Origin: Nitrospirales bacterium
GTDB lineage: Bacteria; Nitrospirota; Nitrospiria; Nitrospirales; UBA8639
DNA: 64,000 bases
NCBI GenBank assembly: GCA_965203295.1
Contig: CBDBCZ010000018.1
Span: forward strand, 2,496,001 to 2,560,000
Direction: 5' to 3'
The notes beneath the pieces were generated by a model, which was given only the letters and a program-made list of their open reading frames with translations, was not told where the DNA came from and made no database searches. Every line of letters starts with the position of its first letter. The first letter of the stretch is position 1. Of this stretch, positions 30,530-43,900 are shown one piece after another. The translations under genes were made by a program, and so were the position numbers.

Positions 30530-31890
30530 CAAGAAAGCATTTTCTGACAGATGGCTGTAGTACTAAATGCACACATTATGTGTATGACTGTGTAGGTGTA
30601 GTGTATTGTGTGTGACTGTGTGTGTGTGGGGGGGGGGGGGGGCTATCTATTTTCCTGACAAGGAACCATTTTCCTGACAGACGACTGTAAGTATTATATA
30701 TGCGTGCACACATTGTGTGTATGTGCATTGTGTGTGTGTGTGTGTGGGGGGGGGGGGGGTCTCTAATTTCCTGACAAGGAAGCATTTTCCTGACAGATGA
30801 CTGTAAGTACTATATGCACACAATGTGTGTATGTGTAGTGTATTGTGTGTGTGTGCCAGACGACTGTATAAGATGGTATGTATATGTCAGATGACTGTAT
30901 AATATTAATATGTGTATATATATACATGATGTGTACTGTATTGTGTGTGTGTGGTGTGTGTGTGGGGGGGGGGTCTCTATTTTCCTGACTAGGAAGCATT
31001 TTTCTGACAGTCGACTGAGAGTACTATAATAATATATGCACACATTGTGTGTATGTGCAGTGCATTGTGTGTGTGTGTGGTGGGAGGGGGGGCTCTCTAT
31101 TTTCCTGACAAGGAAGCATTTTCCTGACAGATGACTGTAAGTACTATATGCACACAATGTGTGTATGTGTAGTGTATTGTGTGTGTGTGCCAGACGACTG
31201 TATAAGATGGTATGTATATGTCAGATGACTGTATAATATTAATATGTGTATATATATACATGATGTGTACTGTATTGTGTGTGTGTGGTGTGTGTGTGGG
31301 GGGGGGGTCTCTATTTTCCTGACTAGGAAGCATTTTTCTGACAGTCGACTGAGAGTACTATAATAATATATGCACACATTGTGTGTATGTGCAGTGCATT
31401 GTGTGTGTGTGTGGTGGGAGGGGGGGCTCTCTATTTTCCTGACAAGGAAGCATTTTCCTGACAGATGACTGTAAGTACATGATATATGTATATGCACCAT
31501 TGTGTGTATGTGTAGTGCATTTTGTGTGTGTGTGGTGGGGGGGGGGGGTTCTCTATTTTCCTGACAAGGAAGCATTTTCCTGACAGATGTATATTATGCA
31601 CACATGGTGTGTATGTGTAGTGTATTGTATGTGTGTGTGTGGTGTGTGGGGGGGGGGGGGTCTCTATTTTCCTGACAAGGAAGCATTTTCCTGACAGATG
31701 ACTAAGTTATATTATGCACACATTGTGTGTATGTGTAGTGTATTGTGTGTGTGTGTGTGTGTGTGTGGTGTGGGGGGGGTCTCTATTTTCCTGACAAGGA
31801 AGCATTTTCCTGACAGAAGATGTATGTGTGCACTGTATTGCGTGTGTATGGGAGAGAGTAGGGGGTGGTCTCTATAGTTTCCTGACACAT
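30530..31890 (+). repeat. Left subterminal array, ~115-bp units
   Basis: TCTCTATTTTCCTGACAAGGAAGCATTTTCCTGACAGATGACTG plus (TG)n and polyG; a 334-bp higher-order duplication gives near-identical ORFs 334 bp apart. Confidence 0.9.
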
Positions 31891-32012
31891 ACATGTACAG
31901 GTCAGAGGAGGTTGGCCAAGGTGAACCATTGCAAGGTCTCTTATAATATAAAGGTGGTTGGGGATTGGACAGTATATCTTTGCATTGAATGCCTCCATGC
32001 ACTCAATTGCAG

Positions 32013-34455
32013 GAATCATGCCTGGGTCTCTTTTCAAGGCTTCGCCGAGAGCATCAATGACACTTTTTCCCTTTCCAAGGAAAATGGTATGATATTCAGT
32101 TTATGTTTATTTGTGCATAGATAATATATATTTCCGTAAGTATATATTATCTATGATTTGTGTTCATGCATGCTTTTCATTCTACGTTTGATAAACTTCA
32201 GCATTAGTACTCTCATGCCATGCTATCTGTACGATATATTATGTCATGCATATTTCTGTCCAGCCTGTTAGTGCAACAGTTACTGTTGATAGTAATATAG
32301 CTAGCTACCAAATACACTGTGTTAAATGAAAGTTTGGGATACATTGCAACAGGGCTTTGCAGTATCAATGACTTGAACTTTTTGTTGTATTTTAGTAGGT
32401 TCAGTTTCATATTGTGTTGTAGTGGACGGCTTTACAAAATAAACTAGACCGTAAAACAGCTCCATAAACACCCAGTGTGCTACTGTAATGAAAGTCTGGG
32501 TCAAATTGCAACGTAACTGCTAATTACAAAGGTTATTAGGTGACAATGAACATAGACGGCACATGATCAGAGTCAAGGAATAGTGTACATTCCATAAGTC
32601 ATAGTGTTAAACAGGAATTATAGTCATGTCTGTTTTGGTTTTTACCAGTATGCCGGCATGGCGGGTCATCACTGTGTAGTCCATGGGATAAATTTTAATG
32701 TGGATTATGCAAATCTGTTACAGAGCTCACACCTCATCTGGCTGCTGAGGCTTTTTACAATGGTGAAATTGAGAGCGAGATCCGACTCATCATTAAAGAG
32801 AATCCAGCCCTTAAACTGCAAGACTTTGCTTACAAAGAAGATTCAGACAGAGAAGCATTCATGCATCACATAGAAAGCATGAGAGCCCAAACATTCTATT
32901 GTCACCCACCAGAGAATTGTACGCAAGAATGCCGTGACCGAGGTATGCATGATATAGACGAAGAATTGTCAACTGTAGAGTGGAAGCCACATTACAGAGT
33001 ATAGTCAGGGCACGATAAATCATTTTTGTATAATGTGTTAACTACAAGCAACTGGGCTAACCACTCCATTGGTTGCTTAACTAAACATTCTTGCAGTAAT
33101 ATATACCATTATATATGGACGCTGAGGATAGCCTGCATTTTATTCCTATCCATTGTAGGATGTGGCTCACTGTGGGTAACAGATGGTATCTGGAAACTTT
33201 CTTTCCCACACTGCATGCACAAAGTGAAGGTATAGCTATTATCCCAACGTTTCATGCACATCATAAAATTAATAGTGATTGTTTTGCTGTATACCATAAT
33301 AGTATCAAGTGAAGGAGATTCCAGGCCTTTCATTGCCAGATGTATGTACAAACCAACCATTGCCTGGCCAGGCATTCTGCATGCAGCATTGCCACCTACT
33401 GCAACAGCAGTCTCCACCAATACCCACTGGCGTACGGGATTTTCTTAAGCATTGTGGAGTACTTAAAGGTAATTAAATATCTCAGTTATAACTTTTTGTG
33501 GTTATATACATGTATCTTCACTTGCCCTGCAGATGTTGCCCAACCCATCCCAGAAGACATAAGCAAGGAAAACGATGATCAGATTCAAGCGGTCCTTGAT
33601 GCTACTGCTACTAGTGTAGGACAGTCAGCTGCTATATCACAAGGTTTGCGGATAACAGACATAGCTAATTAGGTGTATATACCCATTGTGTATTGCTACA
33701 TATAATATTATTAGACTATATACATTTTACAAATTGCATGCAGGTACAGCACAGCTTCTCAGCCAACACCCAGAACTTCTCCCTGATGTGAACTCACCTG
33801 CTGATAATCCTACATGCACCAAGAATACTGGTGGAAGCAAACGGCTTCGTCGTTGGTCAAGAGGTCACCAGTTCATCGTACGTGCTGGTGGTCATATAGA
33901 GGCTTGGCAACCTCTTTTCAAGTAAATAGTACTATACCTTAACTTTAAATTTGTTCACATGTCATTAGTGCTGCTGTTGTTGTTTACAGATCTGAATCTC
34001 CAACCCAAGTTTTTTTTATCCTATTGACATGGCTGATGGCTGTCCTTCAATCTGATTCGACACTCAAGCCCAGTGCTATGTATCTAGCATATGACAACAT
34101 TTGCAACATTTGCCGTCTTATTATTTCCCGCACACCCCTTCCCTTAGCACCGCCATTCGATCGTATGTGGCTTCACATTAATAAAGTAATTGATTCATTT
34201 CACCTTAGAAACCACATTCAGCAGTGCCAGATTGATTACTCTCCACAATCACTAAAAGACAGACATCCGAACTTCAACACACAAGCTGGGGAACAGACTT
34301 TTGTTTGGCTTGCACGATTTAAACATAACTTATGTGCAATGACTAAGACACACCACCTGTTTTATTTACATAGGATGATTAGGAGGCGGAACAGTTATAC
34401 TGCAAAGTGTTATCTGCATGGCAAAAAACCTATTCTGCCAAAGGTAAAAAAATAG
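32013..34455 (+). CDS. KDZ-family transposase, 7 exons, 5' end missing or unresolved
   Basis: Exons 32013-32086, 32724-32942, 33159-33229, 33303-33468, 33533-33643, 33744-33921, 33990-34455 are GT-AG, phase-compatible and stop-free. Motifs WVSFQGFAESIN, CTQEC..CGSLWVTDGIWK..HC, CTNQP..AFCMQH, SESPTQV, YDNIC, IDSFHLRNH, NTQAGEQTF. Confidence 0.8.
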
Positions 34456-34719
34456 TACGACATGCAGAAAGTATAGCTATTATTTTATGTGTGTGTTTAT
34501 ACATTAATTTTGTGACTGTTATAATCTTGTATGCATTTTGTTGATGTTTAGTGTTGATGTTTAGGCTTGTGAGAACAATCTTTGTTGTTAGCCCCCCTGC
34601 AATATATTAAATATTACTGCTACATGCACACATGTAGCCATACATGATGTATCCAGTTGTGCCAGGAAGCCATTCAAAAATGCACCCCCACTAAATTTAT
34701 ACATATATGGTCATGGTAT

Positions 34720-35045
34720 GCAGTTGTGTCAGGAAAATGTACAGTTGTCAGGAAAATAGACCCCCCCCCCACACACATGCACACTATTATACACATAATA
34801 TTATGCATATGTACTGTAGCAGTCATCTGTCAGGAAATTTCAGGCTTGTCAGGAAAATAGAGACCCCCCCCCACCAGCACACATGGCACACACACAATAC
34901 ACTACACATACACACAATACATTACACATACATGTACACACAATGTGTGCATATAGTACTTACAGTCATCTGTCAGAAAAATTCTTCCTTGTCAGGAAAA
35001 TAGAGACCCCCCCCCCACACACACACACACACAATACAGCATATG
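34720..35045 (-). repeat. Right subterminal array, inverted relative to the left
   Basis: TGTCAGGAAAAT pairs, polyC and (CA)n, the reverse complement of the left unit. Confidence 0.9.
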
Positions 35046-36589
35046 TGCACATGTGCAGCTTACTCCGAAACGTGCGTGTGCCATTATATGCATGTATTTA
35101 TAATGTCGTGTGAAGTTCTCTGACGTCAGCACTGAGAAACAGTCAGCGAACGAGCATGGGTGAAAATTATTATGTCCCGTAAAGTTCTCTGACGTCAGCA
35201 CTGACAAACAGTCAGCTAACAAACTGTTAGGTCGCAAATCATAGAGCATATGGAGTGTGGTATTACCTTAAAATTATGAACTCCTTATTAGTAGGGGCCA
35301 CAGAATCAGTGCCATAGTATCTTATTGGGTATTGTTGAATTCCATGCAGAACTTCCAGGGAGACCAGTCTATTAATGGCTGATTGGACACACCCTGTTAA
35401 ATTCACGCACAATATTAATTGAACAAGAGTATAATATTGATATGTTTACGTAAATAGTATTACACATGTAAATTAAAATTATGGCACAATCTTTAATTGT
35501 GCTCTCAAAACATCTGTGGTATTGAACTACGTAATTCATAGACCTGCAAAATTTGGTGCTGCATGTACGTAGATAGCGTGTATACTGAACTTGCTCATAG
35601 GCTTTAATGAACTGGGTCGCTACAAATCTGTGAATGCATGGCCATATTGTCGTTGTCAGACAGTTCGTGGTGGCAGTTTCATGCCACTTGCGATTAACTA
35701 TGTCACATGACACATAAGCTTCACATGTTAAGTGAGATCAAAAATACTTTAGAGTCACTATTTCTCTAAACTTGAGAGTTAAATCATAGACACGTTTACG
35801 TGTCTATATTATCCATGGTTAAATTTTTACTCTGTACTGTATGGCTACCCTATTCCTATTATTTAGAAAAACAAGTCTGACATTTCATGCCTAAAAAACC
35901 AGCTGGACACCTTTCCCATACAATACACACAACTCAGCTTAGGCCAAGCTACGTAGCTGTTAATCTTTACTTTGCCAATAGATTCACTTAACCTCTGCCT
36001 TCAAGAAGTCACAGAAGGTTTTATAATTCCTAAGGCTTCCTCGTGAACTTCGAATTACAACATTTTGCATTTTCCTGTTTCATGTTCTAAGTGAAAAGGT
36101 GGGTTTTGTATGTGTTCAAACTGAAGATATGCAATGGTGCAATCTAGTTTCGTAACATCCTCACCCCTATAAACATTGATGACTAAGGTTTAGCAAGCAG
36201 TTGTAATTAATGTGTTCAATGATGTGGTACCACCTACATGTACCTTACATAGTAAATACAAGGAGTCATCATCATTCCTAGCCATGAACAAAATTATGGT
36301 AGAACTCTTGAGTGAAAACATCTAGACAACAAGAGGGGTACCTTTTATGCCTGCTCCTTTATTGTCAGATCTGACAGGTTTGTCCATGCTTAATATTCCT
36401 GCTCTTTCTTCTCTCAGGTGTGGCACAGTACCCGAGCTGTAAAGCCAGCTCTACCTTTAGGTCTACTCGAAAGAGTAGCTCTGTTTCTTTCAGTACTTTC
36501 CGCAAGGGATACACTGTTTCACAGGTTTGTACATATCACAAGAATGGCACGTCAACTGCAGCTGATATAATGCAGATAGGTTGTAATTT

Positions 36590-38010
36590 ACTTGTGTCGC
36601 TGTTGTAGCGCGTATGCCATTGACCACGCACACACATACACAGTTGTAAGATCTGCAGTCCGAGGACAAGAGCAAGAACAAACAGATGTTTCATTATTTT
36701 GATCACAACATAATTTATTCTTCCTAGTATCCCTGATCAATAACTACTCTTAATACACCCCTAAAATCATACCTGTCGCAGTTCTCACACCCTAAAACAA
36801 AGCCTGTTCTCTCAAATGTAAATTTGTTCCTAGAGAGGTAGATGAAGTGTTAAGATATAAATACTGATAAGCTGAGGCTGTACGAGTCTTTTTAAAAAAA
36901 AAATAGAATTACTTGCAGGGGTTGGGGATCCAGGAACATGATTGATGTTTAAATTTAGGTTCAGGTACTTATGGTCTGAATAAAGAGTTAGGTGATGAGG
37001 CAGTGTAAGTTATGTGGGGTGCAATGTGGGAGTGTAGTACATGTGCTCTGGGAGTGTCTACCATTAGAAATATTTTTGTGAGAGAATTAGACGATTTTTA
37101 GGGGGGAGCTTAGATACGGTCAATAGTTTGAACTCTTCAGCGAATATATCCTGACTCTCTTGATTCATTGACTGCAGAAACAATTTACTACCTACTCTCT
37201 TCCAGGTCTTCCTTTGCCTAGCTCTGCACGATTTCTCTTACCACTCACTGTCTAGTAAGCTAGGATATTTCTTATCATGCAAATTACTGACTTTATAGCA
37301 CCACTTAAGTCTGCACCTATGCCTCCTGCCTTTCAAAAGATTCTAACCCCATACTGCTTCATTACACGTTTTAGAAGAGCAGCCAAGTATATTTTTAGCT
37401 GCTCCTAGCTGAATAAATTCCAAGGAAGCTGTCTGCCATGTACTACAAGCCCACACTTTACTACCCTATTCTAAAGGAGGGTGAAGTACTGGAACTAACA
37501 TTAATTATCCATCTTGATACTGTACTGATATTACTATTACCAAAAACCTATGTAGATTTTTCCATTCCACTATTTATTACCTTCTGTTCATGACTATCCA
37601 TGAACCAATATTTGCAAATTCAATGCCCAAGTAACAGTAAATTACAACCTCTGGAATATCTTTATCTCCCCACTTCCATGTACATGTGCCTGTATCAACC
37701 TCTTTAGAAAATACCATAACAGCACTCTTCTTTATGTTAGATTTCAACCTCCATTATTTTATTACAAAACCCCTGTACTACATTATTCAATGTTTGTAAG
37801 TCCTCAGCATTAGTAGTTAAACTTACAAAATCATCGGCAAACATTGGACCCCCAACCTGAACATCCTTCTTAATATCAACAGCCTTCTCAACCTCATGTA
37901 ACAACTGGTTAATAAATTAGATAGGCGACATACTACAACTCTGTGCCACCCCCTGACCTATATCAGATATTTCTTCCTCCAGTGAAACAGCACTCTGTGT
38001 GGTATCCTTA
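36590..38010 (-). mobile_element. Degenerate LINE, RT 3' half and tail
   Basis: Reverse complement reads ~GQGVAQ-CSMSPI and MFADDFV; similar to 47925-48245 and 6780-7220. Confidence 0.7.
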
Positions 38011-38429
38011 AGGTTACGGGATACTGGCCCGCTTTGATTTAATAGTCTAATGAGTGAATAATGAATATCTTTGCAACTATAGGCCCTATAGCCACGATCT
38101 TTTCAGCATTTATTCATGGCTACTAGTTGTGTACTCAGTACAGAAAGCTTGTCTGTGAGCCCCTCCCTTGTTTAGATAGCGGTAATGGAAGTTTCAGCTG
38201 TTTACAATAATTTTTCTCGCCAAAAATCGCTGAAGCCACTGCCTTTACTAGGCCACTACAGCTCTCTAAGGATTCCTCACTATATTCACGAGGGATTGAC
38301 GAAGGCTTTTGAAGCAATTATCTATATCAACAGAATGGCAAGTCAATAAGTATGGCTCTGAGCGCTCTGGACCCAACTTTCTTAGGTTTAAGAGGCTGTA
38401 TCTCCTGTATCAGAGAGAAACTACAAAAA

Positions 38430-40016
38430 ATCACCAGCTTCATACATTGTTTTACCACCCAGGGTAGGAAGCCAGAAGGCAAAGTTACATCAGAAAAATA
38501 CCAGGCTGTACAAGAAGAGCACAGTGTTACTGCATGAGCCTGTCAGTGCTTTCAAAAACAATAATCATCGATTCTGCTAATACTGCATTAGTTGTTTTAT
38601 ACATACTGAGCTCTGGCATTCAGATTCTACAAATAGGCTATGCAAACGTTTTAGAGTGTACTAGTCAGATTTGTACCGAGCCGTTATTGGCTCTATTATA
38701 GTGTTTCTGTAACTGCATCTACAAGGGTGATTTCAATGTCATGTTGACTATTGTATAATGTTTATACTGCCGTGCAGGTAGTGAGCTCACACACATCACA
38801 AGCAGTGGCTGGAGCTCAACAGTATCCGAGCACCCAAATAAAAATTTACAAGCTCTACCAGAGAGTGCATCAGTGGTGATTTCAAATGCAGATACCTTGG
38901 ACAACAGCATAAAGATTGATTTAGAAGCAGGAAGTCAAGATTCAAGTGGACGAGACTTTCTCTTCGTGACTATTTACATGTGATGAAGCTGTTGTCACGC
39001 GTTGAACTGTTCTTTTTTTATTTCATGTGAGTATGCCACATTTGTGCTGCATATACTTGCATGACATTGTAGAAGTCATATTTCAGATTTTGTACAACGT
39101 TTATCCTGCTATTGCTGATTATTATTGTATTATTATTTCATTACTCCTTTTGGGGCGAGCGTGAATTACTATTTTTTTTGTATTACTCCCTTTATGGCGA
39201 GTTTTTATTTATTTTTTTATACTATATACTCTTTTTTATTACTACATGTAGTAATTTCCCTTTTGAAACGAGCGCGAACGAGCCCCCCCCCGTCCGTGCG
39301 CATGGACTATTCCGTAAAAACGTTAGCATGCCTATTTCTAATACTGTTGTCACGCGTTTCAACTGCTTTACTCTTATAATCCTCTGCAACATGAGCGTGC
39401 ACTCTGGAGAGAGAGAATGAGTGACTTGTGTAGACAGCGGACACTGGAACGGCGCAGACAGCGCTACAGAGAAAGGAGTGCGGCCGAAACCCCTGTGGAG
39501 AAGGACAGAAGGCTACAGAACGAGCGAGCATGGCGAAGGCGGAGACTGTTGGGTGAGTCGGCTGAACGCGGCTAAGGAGGCCAACGATCGAACGAACGCT
39601 TACATGTACGCCGGCGAAAACACAGGGCAGCAGCGCAAGGGCAGAGGATGATGACTGAGTCCCGCGATGCCATGAACATTGGTAGTTGAAGGAGAAAGTT
39701 AGTGGCATGTCTCCTGTGCAGAGTAGTCCCTCTCTGCAGTGGTGTTAAACGTTTATCATGCTGGAGCTTCTGAACTGCCCTCAGCGACTTGTCATAGTCA
39801 TTCACAATAGCTGCATACACATCCTTCAGCATCTGTGACCGTGGCTCGCATAAATTGGTGGCCGCTAACTGGTGTTGAGGTTGTAGCTGTTCTGTCACTA
39901 GACACGTTTTTAGCTTGCCTTGTCTGCAAGTCTCAAATCACCCCACAACTGAACAGCTGGGTAGATGTGCAAGTGCGATGCTCTTCAAGCACTGAAAAAC
40001 TTTAAGAAACAGTGGA
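38430..40016. repeat. Left arm of a ~1.55 kb inverted duplication with Helitron Rep and RPA fragments
   Basis: Reverse complement of 44830-46370. Confidence 0.9.
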
Positions 40017-40606
40017 GGGGCTACCCAGCCCACACATCATACTAGGCTGATCGTGTTCATGCAAAGGCCAGCAAGAGCGTGTGAAAAAACAGTAACAGAA
40101 GCAATCTGCAATGTGACACTGTGCCTATTGTATGTACATAATGAACTAACCTGGGTCCAAACATGAGATCATAGAAGAAAGTGATACGTCAGACCGCGCC
40201 GTATTAGCCAATCTTAACTTGTCTACATTGCACATGCAAGATGAATAGGTCACCGAAACTTCCCTCCTATCTGCCCCTCCGTTTACTTTGACGTACAGCC
40301 TCACTGGCATTCACAGGCATTAAGTACAAACCACACTAACATTTCTCAACTACATCCCTCCATATTATCATGATGATCATATCAAAGTCAGTTATGCATG
40401 ATGAACTCGCTCGCCCCACAGTGCTCTGCATCATAGAAAATAGAGATAGATAATAGATGATAATACTCTATTATCTATGTCTGCATTCACCTAGTAGATA
40501 ATATCTATGCGCCCACACAGTTCTGAATACTGTGCGTATGCGTACAGGTACAGGTCTAGACAGCCCCACCCCCATTCATTCACAATGAATGCGTTTGTGC
40601 GCCGCC

Positions 40607-40719
40607 ATGGACAAAGCCTCGCTGAAGCGTCGGGAATCTTCGTCAGGGAGGGGTGGAGAGACTGATTTCAAACTTGCTGGCCACTCATACAACGGGAGAA
40701 TAAAGCTATCTCAGGCCAT
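40607..40719 (+). CDS. Candidate first coding exon of an unknown gene
   Basis: GCCGCCATGG Kozak context, MDKASLKRRESSSGRGGETDFKLAGHSYNGRIKLSQA, GTAAG donor. Confidence 0.5.
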
Positions 40720-40970
40720 GTAAGATTGTACTCGCTAATATGTACCCATTCTGTACTGTAATTTGGTCAGCCAGGGTACGTAGCTAGCCCCCGTACAGTC
40801 TGGCTCGCGAGATTAGCTCCCGTGTCGGTACAGAGGTTTGCAAAAGCTTGCAAGTGACTGTGCAGAGTATAAACCAGAAAGCTTGCCCTGCTCAGTAATG
40901 AGCCTTTCATCTGTAGCGTTAGAGTAAGCTTAGGCCTTGTATTTTTTGCAAACCTCTGTATAGACCTACA

Positions 40971-43900
40971 CAGGGGCGTAGGAAGCATTTTAGCTTTGGT
41001 CAGGCGGAATCTGTGATAATGCGTGCGAAGCGCGCCCGCTAGGGGGGTCTGGGGGCATGTCCCCCCATGAAAATTTTGGATTTTTGGACCTTCTGAGATT
41101 GTTTCTAGTGCAATCTTGGAGTGAATAGCATGAATTCGACAACTGTCTTCAAGCACAAAGGCTAGGACGGAAGGTTTGGCGTGCATAGCCTCGCTTCGCT
41201 CTCAGATCGGACTGCACACGCATTGTGACATCACTGCAAATGCGCGTGCCGTACCAGGGTCCACCCGACTGTATCCTGTAGTGCTATAGTGACAATTACA
41301 ACGAGTCATGCAATTTATGATGATACTGTTAACGAATTGCGAGTCCAGAATAATCCACTTTCTTTGGTTACAACTGCACCGGAAGGACAGCCACAAGATA
41401 CGGCTGTCTTGCTGTGCAATCAGTTTGACCAAAGTGTTACAATGATAAAGTTCCCTCAGGTAGTTGCCAAACTGTATTGAACCATGAATTGCATTGTTAC
41501 ACTATTATCATAATGATGAAGTTCACTTAGAAATTACCGAACAGGCGAAGTCGGTGTTCACTGCCTCGAACAAAGTCATTGGCTACAGCATTAAGGTCTA
41601 GCTCATCCAGCATTTCTTGGTATATGTTGAGCACCATAAGGTGGTTTAACCTTCCCTGGCCCATGGTGCTCCTCAAGTAGCTCTTAATCCTCCTCATTGT
41701 GGAAAAGGATCGCTCACTTGCTGCATTTGTTGCCGGCAAGACCAGAATTAATCGAGCAAGAAAGCAAACTTGTCGAAAGAATGCCCGCTGACCCTCAGAA
41801 AGACACTGCAGAAAAGTAAGTGCTTCCTTTAGGGTGATGGTGGCTTTACACTGGGTTTCTGTGAAATTTGTTCCAAAGATCTGTAGCTCTGTTGATAGTT
41901 CACTCTCATTAAAGTCATTTCCATAGAAGTCCATGACTTCTTTGAGCTCGGCAAAATAGTTTTCTTTCTTTGCTGCCTTTAGGAGCAGAGCTTCAAGGTT
42001 TCGGTAAATAGCATAACCGGGCTGATCAAAACGATCTTGGATACTGGAGATGGCCAGGTCTATAGCCTCAAAATACTGTTGGCGGTAGTGGTCCTGAATC
42101 GTAGGGCTGTGGTAGCCATCCCCATCACCAACTTCTAAGTGTTTTGGTGCCTTTCGTTTCCTTGGCAGTGAGGGCTCCTCTGTGTCAGTGCTGTCACGGA
42201 GACGCTCCATCAGCTGGAAGAATAGCTCAAATGCTTCATCCGTTCTTATGCTCTTCAATGTCTTCACAGTCATCTCTGCAATGGTTTGAGCTTCTGCAGC
42301 GGACAGGGATTGTTTCTGGAGAGTTTTGCTAAGGTTGTCAGTGATTTTCAAGATCCTTTCACAAAGCTTTAGTCCAAACAGCAGCTTGTACTGTGACATC
42401 TGAGTCCTGACACCAATTATCCTTCCTTTTATGTCAGGCTCTAACCTATTCTCTAGACACTCATCCCAGAGCTGGTGTAAGACATTGTAGTTATCGAGGA
42501 TGCTGGAAATGGAATCTCCACGAACAGTCCACCTTGTAGGGCAGAATGTTCTAATGCTGACACTACTGCCAGAATCTTCTTGTGTGACTTCTGCCTTAAT
42601 ACGATCAAAGGCTGCATTCCTCTTCGGGGAGAATTTGATCAGTTTGCTGATCTCAAATGCCGTCTCCAGGGATTCGCGGCACACCTTTGACTGCTTGATC
42701 GTGTCACCGATAGCAAGATTCAGGGCATGTCCATAACAGTGTGTATAGACAGCACGCTTCTCTTCTTTGATGATTTGGGTGGCCACACCATTCTTGCTAC
42801 CACACATGTTGGACGCTCCATCATAACACTGGCCTCGGCAATCAGACAGCTTCACATTCATGCGGAGAAGAGCATCCTTGATAGTGCTCACCAGACAATC
42901 TGCATTGATACCTTCCACTTGGTAGAGACCAACGAAGCTCTCGTGATCTTGAAGATCCTCACCCACCCACCTAATGACAATTGTGAACTGTTCCTTGTTA
43001 GCAATGTCTGTGCACTCATCAGCCATGATCGTAAAGCATGCACTATCACGAATATTTTGGCTCACTTTCCGAAGAATTTGCAGCGCCATGATCTGTAGAC
43101 ATTCGTTTTGAATTTGGGGAGATGTGTATTTGTTGCTCTTTTTGCTCATCCATGGTTTGAGCTCAGGGCAATCCACACTCCGAAGGTACAGGAGCTGGAT
43201 AAAATGGCTGTCGGCATCACTATCACCACCTCTCAGTGGCAAACCTTGACGGGCAAGAAATCGGATGTTCTGAAGAACCTTCAAGAGCATCTTTCAGTTG
43301 GTCGCTTTCTCTTCTTGATGCTGCTGGCTTAGCAGCTCACCAATGTCTCCACGGATCTGTTTGGGAAGAACTATGAGAGCCTCATTTGCCTCCCGATGGC
43401 AGTCACTGGCCTGGTGTTTGTTAAAGGCAGAAGTTGCTTCCTTCCAATATGTATAACCCTTACTGATGAAGGCTGGATCCCGTTTTGTACTGGCTACAAA
43501 CTTGCCTTCATGAGCAGTCCTCATGCAAAGGTGGCAAAAGGCTGCATCATGCTCAGCATCATAGTGGAGCCATGGATACTTTTCACACCACTCTGATCTA
43601 AAGGACCTCTCTTCTCCTTTCTTGCCAAAATTTGCGTTTTGGAAACTTGAAAGACCTCCTTGGATGAAACTTTTCTGGGAATTCTGACAATGCCATAGCT
43701 ATTGTATAGAATTGTAGCTGTGTATAAAAAGATTTATAATTCATAATATGCTATAATTGGACGGTCAGAGTCATGCAGTCCATAGCTATAGCAGTTATTA
43801 TAGCTACAGGAATAACAGTGGATTATAGTTCAACTCTGGAATGATTTATAATAGTCTTACATGCAGCCCTTATATAAATGTGGTCCGGCTACAGAAAGGC

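Larger units (their letters stand above)
30202..35241 (+). mobile_element. KDZ-like (Kyakuja/CxC6-type) DNA transposon, ~5 kb
   Basis: 12-bp TIR TGATTTGCGACC (30202-30213) / GGTCGCAAATCA (35230-35241); inverted subterminal arrays; internal spliced transposase. Confidence 0.75.

Noticed and set aside
30530..31890. CRISPR-like look of conserved cores with variable spacers
   Set aside because: Spacers are homologous TG/polyG tracts, there are no cas genes, and the context is eukaryotic.
30576..32037. Several His/Thr-rich ORFs
   Set aside because: Translations of (CA)n-containing repeats.
42144..43596. + strand ORFs inside the hAT
   Set aside because: Antisense shadows of the transposase.
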